Origin: an uncultured Bacilli bacterium
GTDB taxonomy: Bacteria > Bacillota_I > Bacilli_A > RF39 > UBA660
Assembly: GCA_947631035.1 (NCBI GenBank)
Contig: CANRJW010000003.1
Span: forward strand, 1-63,830
Length of the DNA stretch: 63,830 nucleotides
Direction of reading: 5' to 3'
The notes under the pieces were generated by a model. That model did not search any database, had not been told where the DNA came from, and worked only from the letters and a program-made list of their open reading frames with translations. The position numbers and the translations under genes were made by a program. Positions 1-9,445 of this stretch are shown piece by piece; the stretch's first letter is position 1; each line of letters opens with the position of its first letter.

Positions 1-15
1 AATAAAAACAACAAT

Positions 16-167
16 AGAGGAGGAAAGAAATGAAAAAAATGAAAAAAACCCTCCCAACCCAATTATCGGACAGTCTGCGGAAAGGTTTTAAGTCGAATAT
101 GTCTTGCTATTATAAGTGTTCTTTTCTTTCTTTCAAGGCTTTCGACAAAACTAGAAGAAACTTCTAA
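16..167 (+). other. Remnant or locked copy of the leader cassette found 5' of the three FGE-like paralogs (RBS, ATG, CCTCCCAACC element, no poly-G); encodes at most 45 aa
   Basis: agaggagg RBS at 16-23 and ATG at 30. The stretch ggaggaaagaaatgaaaaaaatgaaaaaaaccctcccaacc parallels ggaggaaagagaaatgaat...aagaacctcccaacc at 58312-58354. The position of the G-tract reads ctgcggaaaggt. The frame stops at 165-167. Confidence 0.4.
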
Positions 168-197
168 TTATTCGACAAAAAAGGATAAAAAAAAGAA

Positions 198-1058
198 CTA
201 TTTTGTTTGTTCTTTCTTTAACTTTTCAACTTGTTCGGTGGATAACTCGGTACAATCAGCAATATCTTCTATAGACATGCCTTTTTCCAACATCCTCTTA
301 GCAGTAGAAATCGCTTTATTATTTTCACCTTGAATAATTCCTTCGTCTACACCAGTTTCTTTGGCATCTTCTAATTGTTGACGATGCTTCTCTTCAATAT
401 CATAATACCCCGCAAACTCTGGATCTTTACTTAACTCTTCTACTGTTCTTATTACTGACATATATTCCTCATCCCCCTCATACTTTTCCTCTAATTGCTT
501 GATTGTTCTTTTTTCTTTTATGAAATTAGCAAACTTCTTTATTTCTTTACCTACATTATAGTTTTTATCAGAACAATTTTCAAGTATTACATGATAAGAA
601 ATATAATTGTTTACTTCTATGTGTCCCTTTTTATCTTGTATTTGAAAAATCAAGATAGGGTCACTTGTTTCATACTGATTAAAATTATCAAAATTAATCA
701 GTATAATAGAAGTATACTCTTTTTTGGATGTGGTAGTTTCCACAATACGACTCATAGCATACAAACTGTTTTTCTCAAAAACATGTTTTTGATATGCTTG
801 ATTCATTTCCACAATAATTTGCATGTGGTCAGTAATCTTAATGGTCATATCAGTGGATTGCTTCTTTTGTATTTCTTGCCTTTTGGCTATTTCTTCACCA
901 CCTATATAAGTGGCATGATACAAAAGATTTCTATCTATACCTGTGATTTCACTAATCAAACCTGCAACCATACTTCGGCTTTGTGGTTTAGTCATGAAAG
1001 CTTTGAACATCCAATCATTTTTCAAGTTGATTGTTTTTGGTTCTTCTTGAGTAAACAT
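198..1058 (-). CDS. Rpn-family recombination-promoting nuclease / PD-(D/E)XK putative transposase
   Basis: 286-aa ORF. N-terminal LKNDWMFKAFM and a D-x-TIKITD...IIVEMNQ core are typical of Rpn/YhgA-like proteins. C-terminal helical tail GMSIEDIADCTELSTEQVEKL. Confidence 0.65.
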   Translation of the reverse strand: MFTQEEPKTINLKNDWMFKAFMTKPQSRSMVAGLISEITGIDRNLLYHATYIGGEEIAKRQEIQKKQSTDMTIKITDHMQIIVEMNQAYQKHVFEKNSLYAMSRIVETTTSKKEYTSIILINFDNFNQYETSDPILIFQIQDKKGHIEVNNYISYHVILENCSDKNYNVGKEIKKFANFIKEKRTIKQLEEKYEGDEEYMSVIRTVEELSKDPEFAGYYDIEEKHRQQLEDAKETGVDEGIIQGENNKAISTAKRMLEKGMSIEDIADCTELSTEQVEKLKKEQTK

Positions 1059-1230
1059 TTTTCACCTCCATTCTTATAAAAAGAAGTATCTAAAAAATAC
1101 TTCCTCTACTTATATATATACAAGGCAAATTTGTGATTTCCTTTTTTTCAAGCCAATTTTTTTAAAAAAGTGCAAAAAAGTAGACACTTTTTTACACATC
1201 AAATTCAATTTGCTAAAAGGAAATATAATA

Positions 1231-1259
1231 TTGAATTTTACATTTCTCTATGATATAAT
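1231..1259 (+). promoter_or_regulatory. Sigma-A type promoter for the first island operon (TTGAAT-17-TATAAT with extended TG)
   Basis: TTGAAT at 1231-1236, 17-nt spacer, TGaTATAAT at 1251-1259, about 33 nt upstream of the ATG at 1292. A 9-bp inverted repeat aaattcaat/attgaattt (1201-1209 and 1230-1238) overlaps the -35. Confidence 0.55.
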
Positions 1260-1291
1260 CAATGCAGGTTTATTGAGATTGGGTGGATTAG

Positions 1292-2044
1292 ATGAAAACA
1301 AATTTGCGAAAGTTTTTATTACTAGCAATTATATTATTATCTCCTAATGTAGTACGAGCAGAAAGTTTATGCAGTTATAGTGAACAAGCAGAATTAAATA
1401 ATATAGTTGGACATGTAACAGCAAAATATGAAGCGGTAGATGTATATAATGGAAAAGCGGTAGATGTTGATCGTCAAGATGAAAATGGAAATGCTCCAGA
1501 AGTTGATTTTTATTTAAGAGGATTAAAAATAAGCATTTTGAACATAACTGAAGAAATATCAGTTAAAGTTACTTCAAAGAATGATGGAAAAGAGTATACA
1601 TTTGAATATAAAGATACGGACAATGGTGTAGCTGAAATTACAACGACGGATGTAGAAGAACTTAATACTTATACAATTGAAGTATTTGCGAATAAATATG
1701 CTTGTATTGGTGAAAGGTATCGAACTTTTGATTTAAAAACACCAATGTATAATTTTTATTCTCAACTGCAAGTTTGTGAAGAAAATCCAGGTTATTACTA
1801 TTGCCAAGAATTTATACCAACAAATAATATAAATGCGGAAGCATTTTATAAGAATATTGAAAACTATCAACAAGAAGAGGAAAGTCCTATTGAAGAACCT
1901 GAAAATAAAAATTTCCTTGACAAATTAAAAGAATTCTACGAAAATAACAAGTTGATAATTTATTCAGTGGGAATGGTTATTGTTGTAGCGGGGGTTGCTA
2001 CTACTGTGATTCTGATTAAAAAGAAAAGGAGTAGAGTATTATAA
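1292..2044 (+). CDS. Secreted protein with N-terminal signal peptide and C-terminal TM anchor (no LPXTG)
   Basis: Signal peptide MKTNLRKFLLLAIILLSPNVVRA|ES. C-terminal hydrophobic stretch LIIYSVGMVIVVAGVATTVILI followed by KKKRSR. The stop overlaps the next start (TAATG). Confidence 0.55.
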   Translation: MKTNLRKFLLLAIILLSPNVVRAESLCSYSEQAELNNIVGHVTAKYEAVDVYNGKAVDVDRQDENGNAPEVDFYLRGLKISILNITEEISVKVTSKNDGKEYTFEYKDTDNGVAEITTTDVEELNTYTIEVFANKYACIGERYRTFDLKTPMYNFYSQLQVCEENPGYYYCQEFIPTNNINAEAFYKNIENYQQEEESPIEEPENKNFLDKLKEFYENNKLIIYSVGMVIVVAGVATTVILIKKKRSRVL

Positions 2045-4869
2045 TGAAAAAGGGAAATAAGTTAAATATTATAGTAATTTTATTCATAAGTGCAATATTA
2101 TTATTGCCGTTTGGAACAAATGCAAGACAAATGAAAGCCTATTTTATAGGTCATTCTAGTTTACCAGGCTATCATCGCATAGATGTTAGCAATAATTATG
2201 AATCAATTGATGCTGTAGATCCTGAATTCCAAGGAGAGATGTGCGGTAATACATATAGTATTTATTGCGTTGACCCTGGAAAAGTCATGCATGGCGAATG
2301 GAATGCTGGCTCATTAACGTGCAGTGATACTAAACTGGATGACCGACGAAGAACAGCAATAATGGAAGTTTATAATGCATATTCTTCAAGTCATTGGAAA
2401 CTTCAAGAAGCTTTAAGAAGATTGGTCCGTGAATGGAATGGACAACAATCTGGAACTGATAGTAATTTATTACCAGAAGATACTACAATTCAAGGAATTC
2501 AAAATGCAGTACATGCAATATGGATTAATGCAGGATATGAAACAAAAAAGTGGGAAATTGATACAAAAGCAGATTCTTCTACAAAATCAAAAATTGAAAT
2601 GTCTCAAGTATCTCATCAAGGACAAAAATATGTTATTTCAGTTAAAACAAATCTAAACTTTAATGATATTAAGTTTACTTGTGGTAGTGATTGTCAAAGC
2701 GTTACACCTAATGCTGAAAGTAAAACGGTAACGGTTGTCTTAAAAGAAGGAAAATGTACGTTTAAATTAAATGCAAAATATGGAGAAGGTAGTACAAATA
2801 GTAAGGATTGTTCTGGTGAACGTCATAGTGCTTCACGTCCAGTGTTATGTACCGGCGGTGGTTCTGGATTACAAAATATGATTGTTATTACTGATTTAGT
2901 ATTAGATGGCAATACTCCAACAACGGCGAGTTTTACTCCTACAGATATAAGCGACGAGTGTGAAGGAGAACCTGAACCAGAACCAGAAAACAAATGTACA
3001 CAACATACTGAAGTACATGTAGATACATTTTGTGATGCTGATGGAGACAAATATGTTTCTATTACTGCGCCTACTGATGTTAAAAATTGTATTATAGAAA
3101 AAGAGGACGAAGCTGGTAATACTTATAAAATGAACGATGGACAATTAACGGATAATAAATATTGTGCTGTATACTGTAAAGAAGATTATATGATTGATTT
3201 ACCTGGTGCTAAATATACAACAAGTGGAAGATATTTTGAAGTAGAAAATGTTCCTGTTCATGCAGAAAGAACTTGTTATACAACAAATAGAGATGGAACA
3301 GCTGGAATTGATATTAAACAATTTGTTACAGATATTTTAGCAAAACAAACTGAATTAATTAATAAGAAAAATGATTATGAAATCGCTAAAAAAGAATTAG
3401 AATTATCAAAAAGTGCTACTGCAACTCCTACTAGTTGTTACTCTCAGGAGTATGAGAATGCTCCGCTTGTTGAACATAAGGGAACTATTTATTCAATCAG
3501 TGCAAGTTCAACAAACACAGGAAGTAGGATTACAAGCACTGATAATAAAACTGGAGAAGTTTATATTGCAACAGGACAAACTCTTCAAACATCTAGTCGC
3601 AAATGGGGTACTGACTTTACTAGACAGCCAAATAAAGATGGAGGCTATGATTGTGTTGAGGCTCCTAGTGATTGGGATTTCGAAGGGGAAGTTGCTCGAA
3701 CTAAAGGGGAATTTGAACGTGTAAAAGGTGAACTTGAAGAAATGATTAGCCAAATAGAAGATTGCTATAGTTGGATAAACGATATGTGTATGAGTGATGA
3801 CCAAATTGAATTCTGGTATAGAGAACAATACAATACAAGTATTAACTATAAAATAGTTAGTGGACCTGATTATTCTCCAAAAGATGTTGCTACTTATAAA
3901 AAAGGAGAAACAATTGATGATGAATATACTGCGAATGAATCTGCTTCTTTAAAAGATTATAAATATTTAGATTGTCCGGATGATGGAAATTGTACTAAAA
4001 CAAAAGAAGCTCATCAAATTTCAACATTATTGGAAGAATATTATTATCGTAAAATTAAAGTTACTGGTGATGCTGAATATGCAAATATACAAGAATTTGC
4101 TACAAATTATCCACATGGGACAATTGATACTGTAGCAGGTGTAGGCTCACTAAGACAAAATTATTCTTATCTAGGAGCTATATTCCCAGTAGCATTGAAT
4201 ACTTCAAAAGGTGTATATCAATGGAAACTTAATATTTCTAATTTAGGTCAATATAATGACGACCCAGCATGTAAAACTGGAAGATTGGATGAAGTTGTAC
4301 AATGGTGGGAAGAACAAAACGGTCAAAGTGTATCTCCAGATATTGAATATGTCTGTGTCTATGTAGTTGATTGTGATGATTGCGATTATGACTGCGTTGG
4401 AGATCACTGCTACATTCCTGATGAACCAGAACCAAAATGCCCTGACTGTGATATTTATTGTGTAAATTGTATCTTTGATGGAGAAAATACTTACTTCTAT
4501 AGAACAGTATCTGTTAATGAATTTAATCCTAATAACCGTACATTAGGTTATAACTGGACAAATGAAAAAGGTACTCAAGCTAGGGACGAAATTGAAACAA
4601 ATGCTGAAACAATCTATGAAAATGCTGAATATACTTATGTATTAGATGCCAATAGTATGAAGAAAATTCGTGATTATAATAAAGAAACTGGAACTTATGT
4701 AGCACAAGACTTAAATTATCATAGTGCTGGAGGATTCAATAATGCTTACGGAACAAGTTCATTCTTAGACGAAGGTGCCAAGAAAGGTTTCTTTAAAGAA
4801 GTAAAACGAAATAAAAATTGGGAACAATGGTCTAGTGTTGGTGAAAATATTGGACCAGCATGGAAATAG
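2044..4869 (+). CDS. Large (941 aa) secreted cysteine-rich protein, candidate adhesin or pilus-associated protein
   Basis: Signal peptide MKKGNKLNIIVILFISAILLLPFGTNA. EPEPEPEN linker. 9 Cys in 39 aa at nt 4354-4470 (CVYVVDCDDCDYDCVGDHCYIPDEPEPKCPDCDIYCVNC). Translationally coupled to the upstream gene. Confidence 0.5.
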   Translation: MKKGNKLNIIVILFISAILLLPFGTNARQMKAYFIGHSSLPGYHRIDVSNNYESIDAVDPEFQGEMCGNTYSIYCVDPGKVMHGEWNAGSLTCSDTKLDDRRRTAIMEVYNAYSSSHWKLQEALRRLVREWNGQQSGTDSNLLPEDTTIQGIQNAVHAIWINAGYETKKWEIDTKADSSTKSKIEMSQVSHQGQKYVISVKTNLNFNDIKFTCGSDCQSVTPNAESKTVTVVLKEGKCTFKLNAKYGEGSTNSKDCSGERHSASRPVLCTGGGSGLQNMIVITDLVLDGNTPTTASFTPTDISDECEGEPEPEPENKCTQHTEVHVDTFCDADGDKYVSITAPTDVKNCIIEKEDEAGNTYKMNDGQLTDNKYCAVYCKEDYMIDLPGAKYTTSGRYFEVENVPVHAERTCYTTNRDGTAGIDIKQFVTDILAKQTELINKKNDYEIAKKELELSKSATATPTSCYSQEYENAPLVEHKGTIYSISASSTNTGSRITSTDNKTGEVYIATGQTLQTSSRKWGTDFTRQPNKDGGYDCVEAPSDWDFEGEVARTKGEFERVKGELEEMISQIEDCYSWINDMCMSDDQIEFWYREQYNTSINYKIVSGPDYSPKDVATYKKGETIDDEYTANESASLKDYKYLDCPDDGNCTKTKEAHQISTLLEEYYYRKIKVTGDAEYANIQEFATNYPHGTIDTVAGVGSLRQNYSYLGAIFPVALNTSKGVYQWKLNISNLGQYNDDPACKTGRLDEVVQWWEEQNGQSVSPDIEYVCVYVVDCDDCDYDCVGDHCYIPDEPEPKCPDCDIYCVNCIFDGENTYFYRTVSVNEFNPNNRTLGYNWTNEKGTQARDEIETNAETIYENAEYTYVLDANSMKKIRDYNKETGTYVAQDLNYHSAGGFNNAYGTSSFLDEGAKKGFFKEVKRNKNWEQWSSVGENIGPAWK

Positions 4870-4886
4870 AAGAGGTGAGTTAGCTA

Positions 4887-5294
4887 GTGAAAGAAACATA
4901 TTGGGGTTATTGGTTGATATTGCTAGGTGTGTTTGTAATAGTCATTATGATGTTAATATCAAATGTAACAACACAAAATACCGAAGATTACTACTTAATT
5001 AAAGAAGTAACAGAAGCTGCGATGGTGGATGCTGTAAACTATGGATATTATCGTGAGTATGGAGAATTAAAAATAGATCGTGAAAAATTTATAGAATCCT
5101 TTTTAAGAAGATTTGCTGAAAACGTAAGTTTTAATACTTATGAAATATCTTTTTATGGTATTTATGAGGCACCACCTAAGGTAAGTGTCAAAGTAACCAG
5201 TAAGTCAAGAAGTTTTATGGTTGCTGGGGACTCAACTTCATTTGACATTGTAAATAGAGTTGACGCTGTTCTTGAACTTAGTGGACAAGAATAG
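4887..5294 (+). CDS. Small membrane-anchored pseudopilin-like protein (shares the MKE...G N-terminus with the pilin-like genes)
   Basis: GTG start preceded by agaggtga. N-terminus is MKETYWG followed by 20 hydrophobic residues, then a soluble domain. Confidence 0.4.
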   Translation: MKETYWGYWLILLGVFVIVIMMLISNVTTQNTEDYYLIKEVTEAAMVDAVNYGYYREYGELKIDREKFIESFLRRFAENVSFNTYEISFYGIYEAPPKVSVKVTSKSRSFMVAGDSTSFDIVNRVDAVLELSGQE

Positions 5295-5323
5295 GTTAAT
5301 AAAAGAATTAGGAGGAATTAAAA

Positions 5324-6190
5324 ATGGGAAATTTTATGACAACGGTTAAAAGATTTTTAGGAAACAAAAATACGGTAACAATACTAGGAGTTTTACTAGC
5401 CATATTGGTTTTATATATTGGTTATAACTATCGTGTAAAACAAGCAACTACTCCAGTTTCTGTACCATATGCAAAAGAAGAGTTATCTTCACGTACATTA
5501 ATTACAAGTGATATGATTGGCTATATGGAAGTATCAAGTAGCGTCGTTAATAATAGTCCAAATTTAATAACGAATGTGAATGAACTTGTAAACAACTATG
5601 TTTCATTTGGAGTAACAATTCCAGCAAATAGTATGTTTTATAAATCACAAATTATATCAAAAGAAGAACAACCGGATAGTGCTTTTGCTGATATTCCAGA
5701 TGGTTATACCATTTATAGTTTAGCGGTAGATTTAAACTCAACTTATGGTAACTCAATTTATCCTGGAAACTATATCGATTTATACTTTAGTGGTGTAGAT
5801 GATGATGGAAAAGTTATGTATGGTAAATTTATTGAAAGTATTGAAGTTTCTGCTGTTAAAGATAGTCAAGGAAACCATGTGTTTGAATCAACTGTAGAAA
5901 CACGTACTCCTGCTGTACTATTATTTGCTGTACCAGACGATATGTTTAAATTATTAAAAGAAGCAGAAAAAATTACCGGTTATTCTATTAAAATAGAACC
6001 AGTACCAAGAAATGCATCTTATAGTGCAAATCCTGGAGCTACATCTGTAAAAAGTGATTATATTAGAACATTTATTGAATCAAAGAGTGCGTCTATTCCT
6101 GAAAATATGACACCAACCGATACAACAAATAACGATAACACTACAGATAATACGGATAATACAACGAATACAACAACAAATAATCAATAA
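5324..6190 (+). CDS. CpaB/RcpC-like Flp pilus assembly protein (N-terminal TM, SAF-like region), Thr/Asn/Asp-rich tail
   Basis: Strong RBS aggagga. TM segment VTILGVLLAILVLYIGY. The VSVPYAKEELSSRTLITSDMI segment resembles the CpaB SAF region. It sits immediately upstream of the TadA-like ATPase. Confidence 0.5.
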   Translation: MGNFMTTVKRFLGNKNTVTILGVLLAILVLYIGYNYRVKQATTPVSVPYAKEELSSRTLITSDMIGYMEVSSSVVNNSPNLITNVNELVNNYVSFGVTIPANSMFYKSQIISKEEQPDSAFADIPDGYTIYSLAVDLNSTYGNSIYPGNYIDLYFSGVDDDGKVMYGKFIESIEVSAVKDSQGNHVFESTVETRTPAVLLFAVPDDMFKLLKEAEKITGYSIKIEPVPRNASYSANPGATSVKSDYIRTFIESKSASIPENMTPTDTTNNDNTTDNTDNTTNTTTNNQ

Positions 6191-6222
6191 AAAAAGAATA
6201 AAAAGAAAGAAGGTGTCTAGTT

Positions 6223-7407
6223 ATGAATGATGCAATTTTCTCTCAATTGGATTTTGGCCCTTTAGAAGAGTTTTTACGAATCGATGATGTCACCGATATT
6301 TCTTATAGTAATGGTGGACAAGTATGGCTAAAGACACTTTCAAAAGGTGTATTCCAAGTGGATAGGCCTGAGATTAATAATGCATTAATGGAAAAACTAG
6401 CATTTCAATGTTCAAATGTTATGGGAAAAACCTTTAATATGGCACATCCTTTCTTGGATGCTGAATCTCCAGAACTTCGTTTGAATTTCGTTCATGATTC
6501 GATTGCTACCAATGGAATAGCTTGTTTGATACGTAAAACACCTGCTAAAATACGTTTGAATAAAGAAAAATTAATTAATGAAAAATATGTTTCAGAAGAT
6601 TTATTAGATTTTTTACTACAATGTGTTCAAGGACATGCCAATATTATTGTTAGTGGAGAAACTGGTTCAGGTAAAACAGAACTGGTTAAATATTTGGCAA
6701 GTACCACAAAAGAAAATGAAAAATTGATTACCATCGAGGATACTTTGGAATTGCACTTAGATCGAATATTTCCCCATCGTGATATTGTCGCAATGAAAAC
6801 CAATAATATTGCTTCTTATACCGATGTTTTGGTAACTTGTATGAGACAAAACCCAATCTGGATATTGTTATCCGAAGTGCGTAGTGCTGAAGCGGTACTC
6901 GCTGTTCGTAACTCTATTTCATCTGGACACCATATTTTATCAACAATCCACTCCGATAAAGCTTCTTCTATACCGATGCGTATGTATAGTTTGCTTGAAA
7001 CCAATCAAGAAGTAGAACAATTTTTAGCAACCATCCATCGTTATGTACAAATTGGTGTCTATGTAAAAGGATATATGAGTAAGGAACTAGGAAGATTTCA
7101 ACGTGAGATTATGGAAATATGTGAGTTTTATGTGGACGAAGAAAATAAACCTCGAGTCAATACAATTTTTCAAAAGTCCATGGATGGTAAAATGACTTTG
7201 AATAATCCAACCCAACATTTAAAAGATTATTTATCCATCCAAGGTGTTATTCTTCCTGATAATATCTTTAGAACAGGAAGCGATACTACACCAAAGACTA
7301 CTACAACAAATATGGAAGCAAAACCTACAGCTACGGTTAATGTAAATACTAATCCATCTACAACACCAACACCTGTGAATCCAAAGCCAGCTGTAGATAC
7401 ACTATAG
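6223..7407 (+). CDS. tadA: TadA/CpaF (VirB11-superfamily) secretion ATPase
   Basis: Walker A VSGETGSGKTE, Walker B/Asp box LITIEDTLEL, His box GHHILSTIHS. 394 aa with a Thr/Pro-rich tail. Confidence 0.8.
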   Translation: MNDAIFSQLDFGPLEEFLRIDDVTDISYSNGGQVWLKTLSKGVFQVDRPEINNALMEKLAFQCSNVMGKTFNMAHPFLDAESPELRLNFVHDSIATNGIACLIRKTPAKIRLNKEKLINEKYVSEDLLDFLLQCVQGHANIIVSGETGSGKTELVKYLASTTKENEKLITIEDTLELHLDRIFPHRDIVAMKTNNIASYTDVLVTCMRQNPIWILLSEVRSAEAVLAVRNSISSGHHILSTIHSDKASSIPMRMYSLLETNQEVEQFLATIHRYVQIGVYVKGYMSKELGRFQREIMEICEFYVDEENKPRVNTIFQKSMDGKMTLNNPTQHLKDYLSIQGVILPDNIFRTGSDTTPKTTTTNMEAKPTATVNVNTNPSTTPTPVNPKPAVDTL

Positions 7408-7422
7408 AGAGGAGTAAAAGAT

Positions 7423-8316
7423 ATGGAGTTAATCATTTTATGGATTATTGGGATATACGTTGTATCCTATCGCCAAAATAATGGTGAAAATGTTTATCGT
7501 TTCTTTATTAGCCAAGTAAAAGACACTTATGAGAAATTTGCTCCTTATAGTTATAAAGAAGTAAGAGAAAAAGTAAAACATTTAGGACAAGATTTTACGG
7601 CGAAAGAATATGCCAGTCAAGTTGTAATGTTTGCTGGAGTAGCAGGAATTATATCCTATCTATATTTTTATAATATCGTAATTGCGGTTATCTATGCAGC
7701 AGTTGCTGTTGCCTTTATTCCGTACTTAGCTTACTTACGATATCAAAAAATCTATAGTGAATTTATCTTTGAACAAATTCAAATTTATACCACCAATGTT
7801 ATTATGGAATTTACGACAACACAAAGTTTTGTTAAATCTCTTGAAGGTGTAAGAGATTCTGGAATTCTCGAAGATCCTGTTTTACAAGACGTAAAAACAA
7901 TGATTGATATGTCTTATCAAAATGGAACGATTGACGAATCGATTGAATTCTTTAATGAAAAATATCCATTCTATATGGTAAAAAATATGAATCAATTGTT
8001 TTTACAAATTACTAAGGAAGGTGCTAAGGACTCTGGAGAAGCCTTAGAAAACATGAGTCAAGATATCGATGCTTTAGTAGAAGGCGTTTATCGTGACCAA
8101 GCCGATCGTAAAAACTTCCATAAACGTTTTATTACTTTTGGTCTTGCCTTATTCTTACTTGTTATGGCCATGCAATTTTTGCTGGGAACCGATAGTTATA
8201 TCGAACTCTTAGATATATGGTATGTAAAATTAATCTTACATGCAATTATTATCATTAATAGTTATTTCTTATTAAGTGGTGAGAAATACTATAATGCAGA
8301 TGTGGGGGTTGAATAA
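7423..8316 (+). CDS. TadB-like type II secretion system F-family membrane protein
   Basis: 297 aa and polytopic. A cytoplasmic T2SS-F-like helical domain lies between TM segments. It sits directly after the TadA-like ATPase. Confidence 0.55.
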   Translation: MELIILWIIGIYVVSYRQNNGENVYRFFISQVKDTYEKFAPYSYKEVREKVKHLGQDFTAKEYASQVVMFAGVAGIISYLYFYNIVIAVIYAAVAVAFIPYLAYLRYQKIYSEFIFEQIQIYTTNVIMEFTTTQSFVKSLEGVRDSGILEDPVLQDVKTMIDMSYQNGTIDESIEFFNEKYPFYMVKNMNQLFLQITKEGAKDSGEALENMSQDIDALVEGVYRDQADRKNFHKRFITFGLALFLLVMAMQFLLGTDSYIELLDIWYVKLILHAIIIINSYFLLSGEKYYNADVGVE

Positions 8317-8317
8317 C

Positions 8318-9106
8318 ATGTCGATAGAAATCTTAATTGTAGGTGTTATATTCCTGTTTGTAATGAATTATACCGGTAGAATTAGTGCGAATCGTTTTAT
8401 TGCGGATAACGAAGTCTACTTTCGAAAATTAAAAGAAGATGATTGGGACTTTTATGTACGTGCTAAATATGGAGATGGCGTAAATGGCGATATTCTTTTT
8501 AATAAAAGAATTCGTAATGGACTTATTACCATTGTTGTATTAGTATTTTGTTTTATATCAAAAATAAATTATATTACGATATTGTTCTGTTTTATTGGTG
8601 GTTATTTAGTATTTAAATTAGATTATTTTAATATTAAGAAATACTATAAAGCTCACTTACATGAAATTAATTCGATGCTACCACATTACTTAAAAAGTTT
8701 GGAAATCTTAATCCAACACTATACCGTACCAGTAGCAATAGGAAAATCGATTAATGATGCTCCAGCGATATTTAGAGAAGGATTACAAGAATTAATCAAT
8801 GAAATTAATGCTGGTAATGATAAGATTGATCCATATGTTAATTTTGCTAGACAATATCCTGTAAGAGATTCTATGCGTATGATGAGATTGTTATATCGTT
8901 TAAGTTTAGGTAGACAAGAACATAAACAAGAACAATTATTGGCATTCTCTAAAACGATTAGTAACTTACAACAAAAAGCTCGTGAAACAAGATATAAAGA
9001 ACGTCTAGAGAAAATGGAATCCAAAACCATGAGTATGTTAATTACCACTGGTTTAGGGGTTATGATTCTATTAATATTTGCTGTGTTAATGTTAATGGGT
9101 ATGTAA
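8318..9106 (+). CDS. TadC-like type II secretion system F-family membrane protein
   Basis: The segment LPHYLKSLEILIQHYTVPVAIGKSINDAPAIFREGLQELINEINAGND matches the T2SS-F domain pattern. The likely start is the ATG at 8318 (MSIEIL), just after the upstream stop; the ORF track begins at 8276. Confidence 0.55.
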   Translation: MSIEILIVGVIFLFVMNYTGRISANRFIADNEVYFRKLKEDDWDFYVRAKYGDGVNGDILFNKRIRNGLITIVVLVFCFISKINYITILFCFIGGYLVFKLDYFNIKKYYKAHLHEINSMLPHYLKSLEILIQHYTVPVAIGKSINDAPAIFREGLQELINEINAGNDKIDPYVNFARQYPVRDSMRMMRLLYRLSLGRQEHKQEQLLAFSKTISNLQQKARETRYKERLEKMESKTMSMLITTGLGVMILLIFAVLMLMGM

Positions 9107-9177
9107 AATAAATTTTAAAAGTTGATAATATGCGTAAAAAAGATTATAATAAAAGAAAGTAGAGGAGGAATAAATAT

Positions 9178-9420
9178 ATGAAAGAAGCCACAGGAGAATT
9201 AAATATGACCGTTGTAACTGTTGTTGCCATTGCAGCAGTAGCAGCATTCTTCTATGCCTTTGTATGGCCTAGTATTAAAACAAACATCTTAAATAGTACG
9301 AAGTGTTCTTCTACGACATCTTGTACTTGTACAGGAAAGACTTGTAAATGTACTTATATGGATGAAAATAACCAAACTCAAGAAATTACTTGTCCAAACA
9401 ATAACAATGCTGATAAGTAA
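9178..9420 (+). CDS. Small pilin-like protein 1 (short leader MKEATGE, one TM, Cys-rich C-terminus)
   Basis: 80 aa with RBS agaggagga. MKEATGELNMT is followed by a hydrophobic helix. The C-terminal 45 aa contain 6 Cys. Its position after tadBC matches the flp position in Tad loci. Confidence 0.5.
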   Translation: MKEATGELNMTVVTVVAIAAVAAFFYAFVWPSIKTNILNSTKCSSTTSCTCTGKTCKCTYMDENNQTQEITCPNNNNADK

Positions 9421-9445
9421 TAAAAAATAATAAGGAGAATTAAAG

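Noticed and set aside
495-1079. 194-aa plus-strand ORF overlapping the Rpn nuclease gene
   Set aside because: It is entirely antisense to a well-supported gene. Its composition is Phe/Ile/Leu-rich, typical of shadow frames in AT-rich DNA, and it has no RBS.
6100-6187. Short tandem-looking repeats (acaaca/gataat) that could be mistaken for a repeat array
   Set aside because: They lie in-frame in the coding region for the Thr/Asn/Asp-rich tail of the CpaB-like protein. There is no spacer/repeat organisation, and no CRISPR-like array occurs anywhere in the window.
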